IMG/VR virus record: IMGVR_UViG_2706794675_000010
DNA length: 9,508 nt
Reading direction: 5' to 3' (one strand)
DNA from: a virus
Lineage: Duplodnaviria > Heunggongvirae > Uroviricota > Caudoviricetes
Part shown: one piece after another, positions 1-7,459 of the stretch
Layout of the letters: the number at the start of each line of letters is the position of its first letter
How positions within the stretch are numbered: position 1 is the stretch's first letter
Notes under the pieces: model-generated
Databases searched by the model: none
Told to the model about the DNA's origin: nothing
Seen by the model: the letters and a program-made list of their open reading frames with translations, nothing else
Made by a program: the position numbers and the translations under genes

Positions 1-242
1 GAACAGGAGGGACAGCTGATAGAAACAGAAGCCACTGGAGCACCTCAAAAACACCATCATACACTAAATCAGTAAGTTGGCAGCATCACCCCGCCACAGA
101 ACAATTATTGCTTTTGCCGTTGATGACAATAAAGTTTTTATCGCAGGCGTATACCACGGTGGGCAAATCTATGAAACCGATTTTTTATCCAGTGCACCGT
201 AAAACCCCCATCCTTCAGGGCGTGGCGGATATCAAACTTTGG

Positions 243-1325
243 TCATTTTCTCTGGCTGATCTTTACCGGATAACCATCCCGAAGATCAATTAAGTGCTCC
301 GGTTCAGAAGCAAACCATGCATAAGATCCCCACGCCAATTCTGGTATTGCCTTTTTAAAAGGCAGAGCACTTCTGTCCATAAATGCCGTAAGGAATGCAA
401 GATTTTTCTCGCTGAACCCAGCGTCAATAGCCAAATGAGTGAGAGTAACTTTTCGTTCCCTGTTTATAGGCCCATCTGTCGCAACTACTTCAGTGAAAAC
501 TACAAGCATGTCCGAACCCGTTCGGTCCTCTCCCAAATCAATCAAAATAATATCTGGAAGTGCTTTTGAGGCATCAATATTCAGCCCCAATGCTTTTGCC
601 AATACATCATCCTGAGCAACAACTTTATTCCCGGATTCAGACAACCAGAGCACAGTTGGATTCTTAAGAAAATTAGGAGCAAAAACTTCGATGACGGCCT
701 TAGCTATTGTACTTGACGGGCCCGGAGCTAAAGTTCTCTTCTCTCCATTTGGGAAAGTGACGACTACGGCATCAGCAGCAATCACTGCCCCTGATTTCAA
801 TAAACGCAACCTAGCAAGAGCGGCTTTGTTCAAATGATTTTCTTGCCAGGAACTTATTGCACTCAGCAGCGAATCTCCTTCAAGCCCGGCATCAAAGAGT
901 GCTGCAAAAGAGCGATTCAAACTGTAACGAGGACGAGAGGATGTGGTGGGTATACCTTTACGCTCAACAATTGCATTGCAAGGTATTAGGCCATTTTTTA
1001 TAGTTTCATCACGTATTGGCTCACGCGTATTTTCCGCATACCATGCATCAGCAGGCCTTATCTTTTGTTTAGAGAAAGTCATCTTTACCCAGCTTTCTCT
1101 GGACGCATCATCAGTAAGAGCAGCCTGCGAATCTCCCATACTTACAACCTGGCTGGGCCTTATCCATCGCCCCAGCCCCTCAACCGCACCAGCATAAAAC
1201 ATGACAAAAATTGTTTTTGCAGCTATTTCCCGAATTAAATATCCACGATTCTCAGTCCCTTCAGGGAAAATTAATTGTAATCTTTCCCGGATAACATTCA
1301 ATGGGGGAACAACAGGCAGATTCAT
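243..1325 (-). CDS. Putative restriction endonuclease-like partner of the adjacent methyltransferase (possibly BsuBI/PstI-like Type II REase); function unproven
   Basis: 360-codon ORF. Its ATG (1325-1323) overlaps the TGA stop of the upstream methyltransferase gene (ATGA at 1322-1325), with GGAG about 10 nt upstream. N-terminal part looks winged-helix-like; C-terminal part has LPDIILIDLGED...MLVVFTEVVAT, which could be a degenerate PD-(D/E)xK core but lacks a clear ExK. Family guess rests on size, context and memory, not a search. Confidence 0.6.
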   Translation of the reverse strand: MNLPVVPPLNVIRERLQLIFPEGTENRGYLIREIAAKTIFVMFYAGAVEGLGRWIRPSQVVSMGDSQAALTDDASRESWVKMTFSKQKIRPADAWYAENTREPIRDETIKNGLIPCNAIVERKGIPTTSSRPRYSLNRSFAALFDAGLEGDSLLSAISSWQENHLNKAALARLRLLKSGAVIAADAVVVTFPNGEKRTLAPGPSSTIAKAVIEVFAPNFLKNPTVLWLSESGNKVVAQDDVLAKALGLNIDASKALPDIILIDLGEDRTGSDMLVVFTEVVATDGPINRERKVTLTHLAIDAGFSEKNLAFLTAFMDRSALPFKKAIPELAWGSYAWFASEPEHLIDLRDGYPVKISQRK

Positions 1326-3154
1326 GCAATCATCACTCCATAGAAACCAGCGATAGTTCTCTCAATAATCCGTCTGTGGACGCCAGCATCAATTAACGAT
1401 TGAATCTCCATCACCTGCTCCAGAGAAGGCAACGGGATTGAATTCAATTCATAGGCCGAAACAGCAACACTTCCGCTTATACACCTGAACGCCCGATCGA
1501 CAACATGCGAATTAAGTAGCATATCAATAACATCAGGGCGAACCGCAGAGAACAATCCGTTTGAATATACAATATTAATATGGTTTTCAACTACTACGCC
1601 ACCAGTTTCATCTATAAATCCCTGAGGTAAAATTGCCGCTAAAATCCTTCTGTCCTGTTCCTTCGATGTTGTCCGCTGAACAAGCACACATTCAGATTTT
1701 GTCACAAGGAAACCCTGTTGTGGGGTTATATCGATATAGGGAACATGATTTTTTCTGTCTGCACTAAAACGAAAACCAGCTGAAGTTATTGATTCCGCCC
1801 AGACTAATGGGTAGCTATTTTTTCCTTTCGTCGTACGCAACTGCGACTTAAATCGATTCCAGACTAACTGACCTGTAGAGACTGAGTATCCCAGATCAGC
1901 TAAACGCGTAGACATCTGTTTTAATACATTAAGAAAACAGGCATCATCTTTAACGCGTGGCAAAAGCCACGTTGCTCCACCTTTTTCTATATCAACATTA
2001 CCTATTTTCTCAATTTTTGCTTTGTTCAACCCCTTAGGGACAAGTGAGGATACCTGGGCCCGAACTTTATGTTCTCCCGCCTTGAATGCTGTCAACATTG
2101 TTTCCTGGAGAACATCGTCAAAGACCCCATCCCTGTCAGTGACGAAATCAAGGGCATACGGAGTAGTTTTTTCGGTCAAAAGGGTTCGCAGCGCGGTGAA
2201 ATACTGCCCACCAAGAAAAGAAGTTGGCGTAAGAAATGCAATAACTCCTGTTTTCTCTTTAACCATGCGAACAGCTAAGTCGGTGAACAATCCATATAGA
2301 TTTGCATGACCAAATAACGAACGAGAATATTTTTCTCTCGTTTTAATATCGAGAGTGACACGTCCGTAAGGCGGATTCCCTACCACAAGATCATAACCAG
2401 AAAATTTATCTTGCTGAAGCGCATCAGCAACAATAATTGTATCTTCAGGCAATCTACGTTTTACCTTTACACATAGTGGCATTAGTACAGATTCGAGCAA
2501 TACCAAACTCATCCAAGCCGCAAATGGATCGATCTCTATCCCCTTTAAACGACGACTGATTCTCCTCAACATCCATTCAGGGGAAGACCCCTTGTCTTTT
2601 TTTAACATTCGAATGGCTACTGGTGCCAAAAATGCACCGCCACCACACGCAGGATCAATAACCGATGCATGAGAAAAATCAACACCAGACTTTTCAGCCA
2701 GGTCCAAGAGACGCGCTACCAAAGGTGGGGGGGTATAGTAAGCCCCCAATTCCGAACGGTAAGCGGATGGCAGCATTACCGTATAAATTGACCCAATCAG
2801 ATATCCAGCGTCCTCCGCCGGAAATTGAGCAATAAGCTCACCTGTTCGTTCAGCGAGCTCGCGTGCATCACATGGAATGTCTTCTATGTAAACAGTGTGC
2901 GGTACTGCCCTCATTTTAATGCTGCTTTTTTGCTTTTTTGCAAGGGTATCCCAATATGCAGCTACGATGCTGAAGCAGTATGAGCGGGCATGCATCAACC
3001 TTGACTGCCCGGTTTTGTAATTGCCCGCATAACCTTTGGCCATGGCTTTACAAGTTTGATATCTTTCCAGATTAGAAAACTCATTATCTGTAAAAAAATC
3101 AAAATGTTGCACATTCATAATGTAAAATCCTAATGTATCAAACATGCGGGCCAT
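1322..3154 (-). CDS. Gamma-class N6-adenine DNA methyltransferase (TaqI/Eco57I-like), 610 aa with C-terminal target-recognition region
   Basis: Motif X-like GAYYTPP (aa 137-143), motif I VIDPACGGGAFL (verified on DNA, minus strand of 2627-2656), motif IV GNPPYG (minus strand of 2366-2377). Order X, I, IV with about 340 aa of C-terminal extension fits gamma-class amino-methyltransferases. Start uncertain: ATG at 3154 has a weak SD; an in-frame ATG at 3118 has AGGA 9 nt upstream. Confidence 0.85.
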   Translation of the reverse strand: MARMFDTLGFYIMNVQHFDFFTDNEFSNLERYQTCKAMAKGYAGNYKTGQSRLMHARSYCFSIVAAYWDTLAKKQKSSIKMRAVPHTVYIEDIPCDARELAERTGELIAQFPAEDAGYLIGSIYTVMLPSAYRSELGAYYTPPPLVARLLDLAEKSGVDFSHASVIDPACGGGAFLAPVAIRMLKKDKGSSPEWMLRRISRRLKGIEIDPFAAWMSLVLLESVLMPLCVKVKRRLPEDTIIVADALQQDKFSGYDLVVGNPPYGRVTLDIKTREKYSRSLFGHANLYGLFTDLAVRMVKEKTGVIAFLTPTSFLGGQYFTALRTLLTEKTTPYALDFVTDRDGVFDDVLQETMLTAFKAGEHKVRAQVSSLVPKGLNKAKIEKIGNVDIEKGGATWLLPRVKDDACFLNVLKQMSTRLADLGYSVSTGQLVWNRFKSQLRTTKGKNSYPLVWAESITSAGFRFSADRKNHVPYIDITPQQGFLVTKSECVLVQRTTSKEQDRRILAAILPQGFIDETGGVVVENHINIVYSNGLFSAVRPDVIDMLLNSHVVDRAFRCISGSVAVSAYELNSIPLPSLEQVMEIQSLIDAGVHRRIIERTIAGFYGVMIA

Positions 3155-3368
3155 AACATCTCATGGTGGCGCATAGCAAACTGGCCCGAAGAATATCACG
3201 CACCAAGTCGATCTCATAACCCGTTATGACAATAAATCTTTGTAGCTGAACTCACTTGGTGATTTGTCAATCATTCCTGGCCTCCAGTTCGTCCTGAATC
3301 TCTTTATCGAGTTCACCGTATTTGTTAGTCCTCATCACTCACGACTTGACTTCCAGAAATAACCTTGA
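3155..3368 (-). promoter_or_regulatory. Intergenic region upstream of the methyltransferase operon; candidate independent promoter (unmapped)
   Basis: 214 bp without a convincing ORF, in a stretch where the other genes are tightly packed or overlapping. Contains a perfect TTGACA on the minus strand (plus 3265-3270), but I could not pair it with a good -10 hexamer. Confidence 0.3.
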
Positions 3369-3725
3369 TTATTCGGGGCTATATTTTGTCACCCTGCGTA
3401 TCCGCGCTTTCGCATTACGCTCAATCTGGATTAGCTTTTCTATATTTTTTCGCCTTTCCCGCTCCTCCTGGCGCAAGAGCCTTACATCATCTGCCAGTCT
3501 GGTTTCTCTTTTCGCCACAGAGAGCATCCAGTCAAATGGCTCCACAACTGCACCGCAAATTTTACAGCGGACCTGACGCTCTTTTTCGTCAACCCGGACA
3601 GAAGCGTGATGGCAATATGGTCTTTCCGATGGCTCATAAAGAAAATTAACCTGATTACGAGGGTTATCCTCTTTTACCGGAAATAAAACAATATTGCTTA
3701 ACTCATCTTCTGGTTTTATTTCCAT
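3369..3725 (-). CDS. Hypothetical protein, 118 aa, with Cys/His cluster (zinc-ribbon-like) and basic coiled-coil-like C-terminus
   Basis: ORF with strong SD AGGAGAGGAG immediately upstream of the ATG at 3725-3723. The track's longer version starts at a GTG at 3782 directly after the upstream stop. Motif PYCHH...x17...CKIC; C-terminal tail rich in R/E/K. Confidence 0.55.
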   Translation of the reverse strand: MEIKPEDELSNIVLFPVKEDNPRNQVNFLYEPSERPYCHHASVRVDEKERQVRCKICGAVVEPFDWMLSVAKRETRLADDVRLLRQEERERRKNIEKLIQIERNAKARIRRVTKYSPE

Positions 3726-3782
3726 GCTCCTCTCCTTTGATGCGAATGCCAGCGGTAATTGAAGCCTGATAGCTAATTTCAC

Positions 3783-4205
3783 TCACAGTACCGCCTCCTG
3801 AAAATCACCCTGATAGAAAGCCGGTACACGCTGCATAACTTCACTCTTCCGGCACTCGCGACAGATTATGTTCTGATGTCTGTCGTAGCGGCGTATTTCT
3901 CCGTCCGGTAATGACCAGATAAGGTCCGGATCAACCACAGATGGTTTCTTCAGCTTTGCCCTCGAGAGTTTTTTGCGGGCGTTTTGCCAGTCCTTACGAG
4001 CCTGTTCAGACGGGAATAACCCGTAGCCAGAGTTGTATACATCCCCACTGGCAACCAGCTCTCTGGCGAGAACGCTTATTAAATATCTTGTCGCCCCGGT
4101 TTTAGCTTCCAGTTGTCGTAACGTCTCGCGCCCACTCTGGCGTACGAGTTCAACAACCTGCCCCTTAATTTTTTCCCGCTCTTCCTGTGTAAATACTTTT
4201 GCCAT
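3783..4205 (-). CDS. Hypothetical protein, 140 aa, with N-terminal HTH-like segment and C-terminal CxxC
   Basis: ATG at 4205-4203 (MAKVFTQEE...) preceded by a G-rich SD (GGGGG) and lying 15 nt after the upstream stop at 4221-4223; the track ORF begins at a TTG at 4220. HTH-like LRQLEAKTGATRYLISVLARELV; CRECRK near the C-terminus. No family recognised. Confidence 0.55.
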   Translation of the reverse strand: MAKVFTQEEREKIKGQVVELVRQSGRETLRQLEAKTGATRYLISVLARELVASGDVYNSGYGLFPSEQARKDWQNARKKLSRAKLKKPSVVDPDLIWSLPDGEIRRYDRHQNIICRECRKSEVMQRVPAFYQGDFQEAVL

Positions 4206-4220
4206 AAGCGCCCCCGGCAA

Positions 4221-4946
4221 TCACTTTTCCGACACAATACGACCGGAGGAATCGACAATCTGTCGAACAATATCCCGGTGCTTGTTCAGCTCCCGCAACG
4301 CGGCGCAGACACGCTCCCACTTCTGGACATGACTTTTCGCCCGACGCAGTTCGCGGTTTGCCATATGCAGCGATGGTAAAACCAGGTCATCCGCTTGCGT
4401 TTCGGTGAACGATGGCAACGACTGCACAATGTCCGCCACAGTTTCTGTTTTAATTTCTTCCTGTGTTGCAGCTTCCTGTACCGGTAACGCAACACCTGCT
4501 GGCTGAGGAAAGACTTTACCATCCGTTTCCGCTATGGATGCGGCTTTCGGCTCTGCCGGTAAATCAGCGCCCGGTATGCAGTACCGAAATTTACCGCCCT
4601 GATTCACGCGAATCAGACGCCCTTTGCTGATTGCCATGGCCAGCGATGAATTCGCCCGGCGGGAGGTAATCCCGAACATCAGTGCCAGCTCATCCGCCGT
4701 TTGTGGGCCATGTTGTTCAATCGCCTCAGTCAGCATTTGCGCTGTCACTTTCGGTACCGGTGACACTGGTTCACTTTCACCAGCCTGAATCAGCCACCAC
4801 ATCGAACCCTTGTTATCCGCTTCACCACGGCGCTTCAGTTTCCACAGTTCGTTGACCGCATCTTCACGGCTGATTCCAAGGCGGGACGCCACCACATGTG
4901 AAGAGGCTCTTTTCAGTGCTTTCAGTGCGTCAAATACAGTTTCCAT
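4221..4946 (-). CDS. Hypothetical prophage protein, 241 aa, with two winged-helix-like segments separated by a Pro/Ala/Glu-rich linker
   Basis: ATG at 4946-4944 (METVFDALK...) with GGAGGA 8 nt upstream, 21 nt after the DnaC-like stop. The track's longer ORF starts at a TTG at 4964. Segments [25 protein letters not shown] and [33 protein letters not shown] look like wHTH. Family not confirmed. Confidence 0.6.
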   Translation of the reverse strand: METVFDALKALKRASSHVVASRLGISREDAVNELWKLKRRGEADNKGSMWWLIQAGESEPVSPVPKVTAQMLTEAIEQHGPQTADELALMFGITSRRANSSLAMAISKGRLIRVNQGGKFRYCIPGADLPAEPKAASIAETDGKVFPQPAGVALPVQEAATQEEIKTETVADIVQSLPSFTETQADDLVLPSLHMANRELRRAKSHVQKWERVCAALRELNKHRDIVRQIVDSSGRIVSEK

Positions 4947-4967
4947 TAAAACATCCTCCAACAAAAA

Positions 4968-5470
4968 TTACTTCACAACTCCCGGAAAGCTGACATTTGA
5001 ACGCCAGCTATCCCAGTTAAACGTCACCCACCGACAACCGTTCATGGTCATGCGGTCCATAATCCTCTCACCAAGAAGCGTGCTCATTGCGGCATGATTC
5101 AGGTTTGTTAACATCCCGACACTGCACAGTGATGCTGTCCGGCGATCAATTATCTGGTGCAATACCACCTGCTCGTTTTTCGTCTCCCGCTGAATGCCTA
5201 TTTCATCCAGGACCAGCAAATCAACCCCGCAAAGCTCCTGTAAAAATTTTTCACCGGATTTGCCGTTGTCGTAGCTGTCATGCAACACGCTCATGACATC
5301 AGACTCGGTGACGATAATCACGCTGCGCCCCTTCGCCATCAGCCGGTTACCCATCGCCGCTGCAAGGTGATTTTTCCCGGTGCCGGTTTTACCGCTGAAC
5401 ACAAAATTCGTGCACCCGGTCATCAGTTCGTCAGCTATGGATTTGGCCTGGCTCAGCGCGTATTTTTGCC
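4968..5470 (-). CDS. DnaC-like helicase loader / IstB-like AAA+ ATPase (lambda P-position replication protein); 5' end missing in the N-run gap
   Basis: Walker A FSGKTGTGKN verified on the minus strand of about 5371-5400; Walker B LLVLDEIG. About 167 residues are visible, so the N-terminal portion lies in the gap. TAA stop at 4968-4970. Confidence 0.85.
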
Positions 5471-5748
5471 NNNNNNNNNNNNNNNNNNNNNNNNNNNNNN
5501 NNNNNNNNNNNNNNNNNNNNNNNNNNNNNNNNNNNNNNNNNNNNNNNNNNNNNNNNNNNNNNNNNNNNNNNNNNNNNNNNNNNNNNNNNNNNNNNNNNNN
5601 NNNNNNNNNNNNNNNNNNNNNNNNNNNNNNNNNNNNNNNNNNNNNNNNNNNNNNNNNNNNNNNNNNNNNNNNNNNNNNNNNNNNNNNNNNNNNNNNNNNN
5701 NNNNNNNNNNNNNNNNNNNNNNNNNNNNNNNNNNNNNNNNNNNNNNNN
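5471..5748. other. Run of 278 N (assembly gap or masked sequence)
   Basis: Ns directly visible from 5471 to 5748. The gap removes the 3' end of the O-like gene and the 5' end of the DnaC-like gene. Track ORFs that are mostly X across this span are artefacts. Confidence 0.99.
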
Positions 5749-6591
5749 CACCCCCTCGCGCAATCTGGCCTTCCAGGCACTGAATGCGGATTTCTTCGGG
5801 TTTGCCCCGGCACGCAACGGGTATTCCCGCCAGACCTGTTCGAACACATCCGGATAATCCACTCGTCCCACAGGCTGCCCGGTGTTTTCCGGGGCTACCC
5901 GATCGGCTTCCCGCTGAATGGCGGAATCGGCTTCAGGCTGCTGCAGTTGGAGTGATTGCTCCGGCCTTGCGGTCATCACCTGCTGCACAGCGCCCGAATC
6001 GGCTTTCAGCGCATACGCTGAATCGGCTTCCGGTGTCGAGCCTGCTGGCTGACCAGGATTGACGGTCTGAACATCCCCTGCCTGGTTCGTGGCGTTTTTT
6101 ACGCCATGGACCATAGTGTTTTGATCTTCTTTATCTGTATCTTTATCTGTATCTGTCGTGACTCGTCGTGACATGTGCGTGACATTTCGTGACGCGCCGT
6201 GACAATCGCCATTTTGTTCCCGCTTTCTTTCCCTCTCTCGCTGCGCCCTCTTGCGCTCTGCAGGAGATTTTGCGGTTTGCGAAATATTGCCGTTGTCCTC
6301 TTTAAGCACCTGGCGTTTTTCCCATCCAGTGATTAAATCACCATCAAGTACCCGCCCCTGCATCGTCTGCAAAATTGAATCAATTACCTCTTCTGTCACG
6401 TCGAGCGCACTTGCCAAATCTTCTGTCGTGACATCAATGTGACCTCGCGTGACATTTCGTGACGCGCTCACCAGGAGGTGGATATACACTGCCATCACTG
6501 TTGCAATTGGCTGCCCTGACACCCTGGCAATTGTTCGCCACTTAGGGTCATTTGGCATGTCATGCCATAATCTGAGCCAGGCGTTAGCCAT
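5749..6591 (-). CDS. Replication initiator (lambda O-like / Rac YdaU-like replisome organiser); 3' end missing in the gap
   Basis: ATG at 6591-6589 with SD GAGGTGA 5 nt upstream (track start is a GTG at 6597). Occupies the O position between the CII-like and DnaC-like genes. Two iteron arrays lie inside the coding sequence, as for lambda ori inside O. Frame is continuous to the gap edge at 5749. Confidence 0.75.
6128..6203. repeat. Candidate replication origin, array 1: tandem 12-bp AT-rich repeat followed by five CGTGAC iterons
   Basis: TCTTTATCTGTA occurs twice in tandem (6128-6139, 6140-6151). CGTGAC recurs at 6157, 6167, 6178, 6188 and 6198, i.e. spacings of 10, 11, 10, 10 bp, about one helical turn. 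Confidence 0.6.
6395..6467. repeat. Candidate replication origin, array 2: (C/T)GTGAC iterons plus one inverted copy
   Basis: CGTGAC at 6427, 6448, 6458 and TGTGAC at 6438 (spacings 11, 10, 10); inverted GTCACG at 6395-6400. The 21-mer GCGTGACATTTCGTGACGCGC is identical at 6177-6197 and 6447-6467. Confidence 0.55.
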
Positions 6592-6662
6592 ACTCACCTC
6601 TTCTGATACCGAATCTTTTTACTCACGAGTTGCCGGGAGCGATTCGATATGGCTATTGTCAG

Positions 6663-7088
6663 TCAATGTACTGCCACAGCATTTCCTGCCGGGCCACCAC
6701 GGTTCATCTGATTGAAACCGGCGATTGCCACTGCGACAAAATCATCAGCGTCTCTCACCAGTCGTTCATGCGTCTCCACCAGTTCCCGAAAATAAGCTGA
6801 ACTGTGGCTGCGCATTCGAGCCACCAGCGGAGGTGGCATTGCCCTTTCGATCGCAGGTAACAACGCCTGAATTTTTTCAACAGCGTCAGGGGTGTCTTTA
6901 TCCAGCCAACGGAAAATCTTTTGGGTGTTGAGATAAAGCGTGTTGTGCTTGCTGTCGTTATGCAGAACCGGAAACGTCATTCCCAGTTCGAAATAAACCC
7001 TGGTTATTTCAGCTGCCGGAACTTTTTCACCGTCCGGATGCGCCCAGGCTTTCATCGCCATGCGGATGTGTTCATGCTTGATTTTCAT
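6663..7088 (-). CDS. YdaT-like protein (CII-position regulator of Rac-type prophages)
   Basis: 141-aa ORF beginning MKIKHEHI..., which I remember as the N-terminus of the E. coli Rac-prophage YdaT family. Its ATG (7088-7086) overlaps the TGA stop of the Cro-like gene (ATGA). Sits between the Cro-like and O-like genes. Confidence 0.65.
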   Translation of the reverse strand: MKIKHEHIRMAMKAWAHPDGEKVPAAEITRVYFELGMTFPVLHNDSKHNTLYLNTQKIFRWLDKDTPDAVEKIQALLPAIERAMPPPLVARMRSHSSAYFRELVETHERLVRDADDFVAVAIAGFNQMNRGGPAGNAVAVH

Positions 7089-7348
7089 GAATCAACCCCC
7101 GCCGATGGTTGTGTGTTAGCCTGAAACTCAGCAGGCAAGCCGTCAGTTGGGTTGGGGTAGGTTTTACTGTCAATCTCATGTGGGGTCACCACCCATCCCG
7201 TTGCTTCACACCAACGTAATATTTTTTCTCCTGTAAGTTTTGCACGCCCCGTTATAACGTGGCTGACCATCCCTTGGGATGCGCCAACAATCTCAGCAAA
7301 TGAACTCTGGGTTATATGAAAATGATGCAAATATTCTCCAAGATTCAT
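7085..7348 (-). CDS. Cro-like HTH transcriptional regulator (YdaS-like)
   Basis: HTH segment ITQSSFAEIVGASQGMVSHVITGRAKLTGEKI. Divergent from the cI-like gene across an operator-bearing intergenic region. ATG at 7348-7346 chosen; the track's longer ORF starts at a TTG at 7375. Confidence 0.7.
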   Translation of the reverse strand: MNLGEYLHHFHITQSSFAEIVGASQGMVSHVITGRAKLTGEKILRWCEATGWVVTPHEIDSKTYPNPTDGLPAEFQANTQPSAGVDS

Positions 7349-7384
7349 AATCCGCCCTATGTGATGTGTTACCAATGCATAATT

Positions 7385-7425
7385 AATAGCACTGTTATTT
7401 TTAAAAGTAAATAGTGATACTATTT
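7385..7425. promoter_or_regulatory. OR-like operator pair and divergent promoter region between the Cro-like and cI-like genes
   Basis: Perfect 17-bp palindrome AAATAGTGATACTATTT (7409-7425) and related AATAGCACTGTTATT (7385-7399), centres 25 bp apart. Candidate minus-strand promoter with -35 TTTACT and -10 TATTAA overlapping these sites (low confidence). Confidence 0.5.
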
Positions 7426-7459
7426 CAAAGTGATTAGCAATCTTATTAGAATTGGATGT

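Noticed and set aside
1-293. Possible gene fragments at the left edge: + strand frame ending with TAA at 73-75, another + frame open from 3 to 293 (track ORF 108-293), and a minus-strand ORF open from 60 to the window start
   Set aside because: All are short or partial with no SD or recognisable motif, and the 108-293 ORF overlaps the 3' end of the 360-aa gene. The edge cannot be resolved from this window.
294-2309. Track ORFs 294-569, 943-1197, 2022-2309 and 2069-2278 on the + strand
   Set aside because: They lie antisense inside the two large minus-strand genes, which have clear methyltransferase motifs and coupling. They have no SD and low-complexity, implausible composition.
3265-3270. 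Perfect -35 hexamer TTGACA on the minus strand upstream of the methyltransferase
   Set aside because: No acceptable -10 hexamer at 16-19 bp spacing, so I do not call it a promoter. It is retained only as a note within the intergenic-region feature.
3322-3649. Track ORFs 3322-3576 and 3365-3649 (+ strand), plus two tiny minus-strand ORFs of 22 and 16 codons in 3267-3335
   Set aside because: The + ORFs are antisense to the well-supported 118-aa gene and look like frame artefacts. The tiny ORFs have no good SD, and I cannot support them as a controller protein or leader peptide.
4033-4522. Track ORFs 4033-4332 (+), 4079-4270 (-) and 4286-4522 (-, very basic 78 aa)
   Set aside because: They overlap the 140-aa and 241-aa genes in alternative frames or antisense. 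The basic composition is what out-of-frame translation of GC-rich coding sequence typically gives.
5087-6062. Track ORFs 5087-5296, 5280-5783, 5380-5955 and 5784-6062 on the + strand
   Set aside because: They are antisense to the DnaC-like and O-like genes, and several are mostly X from translating the N run. These are artefacts of the gap.
6128-6467. Short direct repeats considered as a CRISPR array
   Set aside because: The repeat core is only 6-8 bp at about 10-bp spacing, with no unique spacers of 28-40 bp, and it lies inside a coding sequence. Iterons are the better explanation.
6251-7124. Track ORFs 6251-6442, 6449-6715, 6725-6931 and 6921-7124 on the + strand
   Set aside because: They are antisense to, or overlap, the O-like, YdaT-like and Cro-like genes, and have no independent support.
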